64,000 nucleotides of DNA from Cetorhinus maximus (taxonomy: Eukaryota): the NCBI RefSeq assembly GCF_964194155.1, contig NC_135898.1, forward strand, positions 48,050,001 to 48,114,000, in the 5' to 3' direction. Below, piece after piece: positions 62,194 to 64,000 of this stretch; position 1 is the stretch's first letter, and every line of letters starts with the position of its first letter. The translations under genes were made by a program, and so were the position numbers. The notes under the pieces were generated by a model. The model ran no database searches. It was not told the DNA's origin and worked only from the letters and a program-made list of their open reading frames with translations.

Positions 62194-64000
62194 CTTTGGC
62201 TTGCTATGCACAGCGTTATACCTGTGCACAATTCTAGAAGTGAAACCGGCAAATATTGCCTCGGAAGTGACAAAGTTCTTCAGGTCCGTCCTGAATTAAG
62301 ATCAGAAGAGCTGCTCTTTCGATTGGAATCCGGACAGTTTCAACTGATAAATCTACCAACACTGCAGCTCAAAATATCATGAGCACGATTCCCAAGAGTT
62401 TTTTTTAATGGATAATATTTCATATGCTAGTTCTTAGGATATTGCCTTCATGCTAATGCCCAATGAGGAAGTAAAAGTTGAAATAATCATAAATTAACTT
62501 GACAAACAGTGAGTAATCTGTTCATCATATTCATTAAGGATTATGACCCCCGATTGATAAGAGGCCTTTCCCTGGCTCTTACCCATTTAACTAGAGCCGC
62601 CCAGTAACATTTGAATGATGATATAACCCATCAGGACCTGCTTGTATTTATAGTCAAAACTTAACAGCAATAAACCATGAATAAAAGGTCACGGCTTGAA
62701 CTTTTAGAATACATTACAAGATACAAAGACATCCTCAGAGTCTTTCCACGCTCGTTATATCTGTGTTCGTCCTCTTATTGCACTCACTGACTGCATGTGC
62801 AGGACATTAGCCCGTATATGGCAGGTTGTCCTTGATAAATGTTCCACTGGGGGTGGAAGGGCTTAATTGTAGTTGTATGAATGATCAGTCCGCCTGTCAT
62901 AAAAAATCTCTAGAAGTTCTAGGCATGGGAACTGCAGCCTCAAGATTGGACCTCGCTAATTATGATTGCTTATGAACTCTGCATAAAATTGTGGCTCGGG
63001 CTTCTGACAAGGGTACAGGCCTCGCACAGTAAACATTGTTCAAATCATTTGAAACATAGAAAATGCTATTGCATTGGTTATGTTTATAAATGTTTTATTT
63101 TTAATGTCATTCTTCTGTTACACTCAGCTAATAACTGGTCATCGTTGTGGGAAAATAAGGATGTCAGCCATAGTGATTTGATTCCATCCCTTCCTCCTTC
63201 CTTTTATTGGCAAATTTTGCATGGGTTCATGTTTGGTTTGTTGCTTTAATAAATCCTTAGTAGTTATTCACTCCTCTCTTTTATTTATAATGCCCTACCT
63301 CTAAATGTTGTTGTGTGGCTGATTCAAAAACCATACATTGGCCCTGTGATCTGCATATAATACCTTCATTTTGAGCCAAGGTAACAACTGATTTTTAAAA
63401 AAAATCCCATCAAGTAAATTCCAGGAAAGTCAACAAGTAAAGGGAAAGGGTGAAAATAAACCTAACACTGAAAGTCAATGGTTTGTCTCCCTCGTGAAAA
63501 TTGGATGGAATCGTAGAATGCTAACCCAAAATATTGATAATAAATCTCCAAATCCCCTGCTCCTCTATGACAAGAGAAAATGAAAAGTACTCAGCTCTCT
63601 TGGAATAGAGAGCCTCGGTAACCTCCATTTTGAAACAGACAGCAAACTGGGAGATGCTACAAGTATTGCCAACTCTAAAAGCTGCCCATGCATTAAAGTC
63701 CATCAACACGGTCACATACACAACCACTGCAATGCTGTCCTGGTCCTGCTCTGAATTTGCAGTTATTCCTGCAGCAGGTAGCAGATTTCATTGAGGACCT
63801 CGCTGTCCTTAATGAAGCACCAACATCATACTGTTCCTATCTGAGGTTCTAATGGGAGAATTACTCTCTGAGCACCCTTGGCAGTTATGGCCTCCTGCCG
63901 AAAGCCCTTCTCCCCATCTTTCTCCTTTCTCTTCCAGCAGCTTGTCTGTGTTGCCTCTGCTCATTCGCCTAGTTGCAGGGAAATGCAAACTACTGCATCA

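Noticed and set aside
62194-62229. N-terminal extension of FFAR4 in the ORF track
   Set aside because: Non-ATG start; the ATG at 62193 has good Kozak context and gives a normal-length receptor.
62235-62350. ETS, IRF, HNF4 and GATA-like motifs upstream of FFAR4
   Set aside because: Short motifs expected by chance, with no conservation data to support them.

Overview
Vertebrate nuclear DNA, most likely from a cartilaginous fish judging by the repeat content (inference). It covers the conserved PDE6C-RBP4-FFAR4 block. PDE6C is on the minus strand with only coding exon 1 visible; its intron 1 runs off the left edge. RBP4 is complete on the plus strand (five coding exons, 196 aa, about 19 kb final intron). 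FFAR4/GPR120 is complete on the minus strand (three coding exons, 359 aa) and lies tail-to-tail with RBP4. Most of the rest is transposon-derived: CR1 and L2-like LINEs, a Tx1 LINE inserted in a 35-bp minisatellite, Penelope remnants, solo LTRs, a decayed Harbinger element with MITE-like relatives, and a CT-rich array. The most striking unexplained item is a 3.5 kb non-autonomous LTR element in FFAR4 intron 2 (two LTRs, tRNA-Leu-like PBS, PPT) carrying a decayed coiled-coil reading frame that resembles host UACA/RAI14/ANKRD24 instead of pol. Also notable are three large local inverted duplications, four N-glycosylation sequons plus TTR-interface substitutions in RBP4, and near-coincident predicted poly(A) sites for RBP4 and FFAR4. 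All homology calls are by eye and from memory; no database searches were run.
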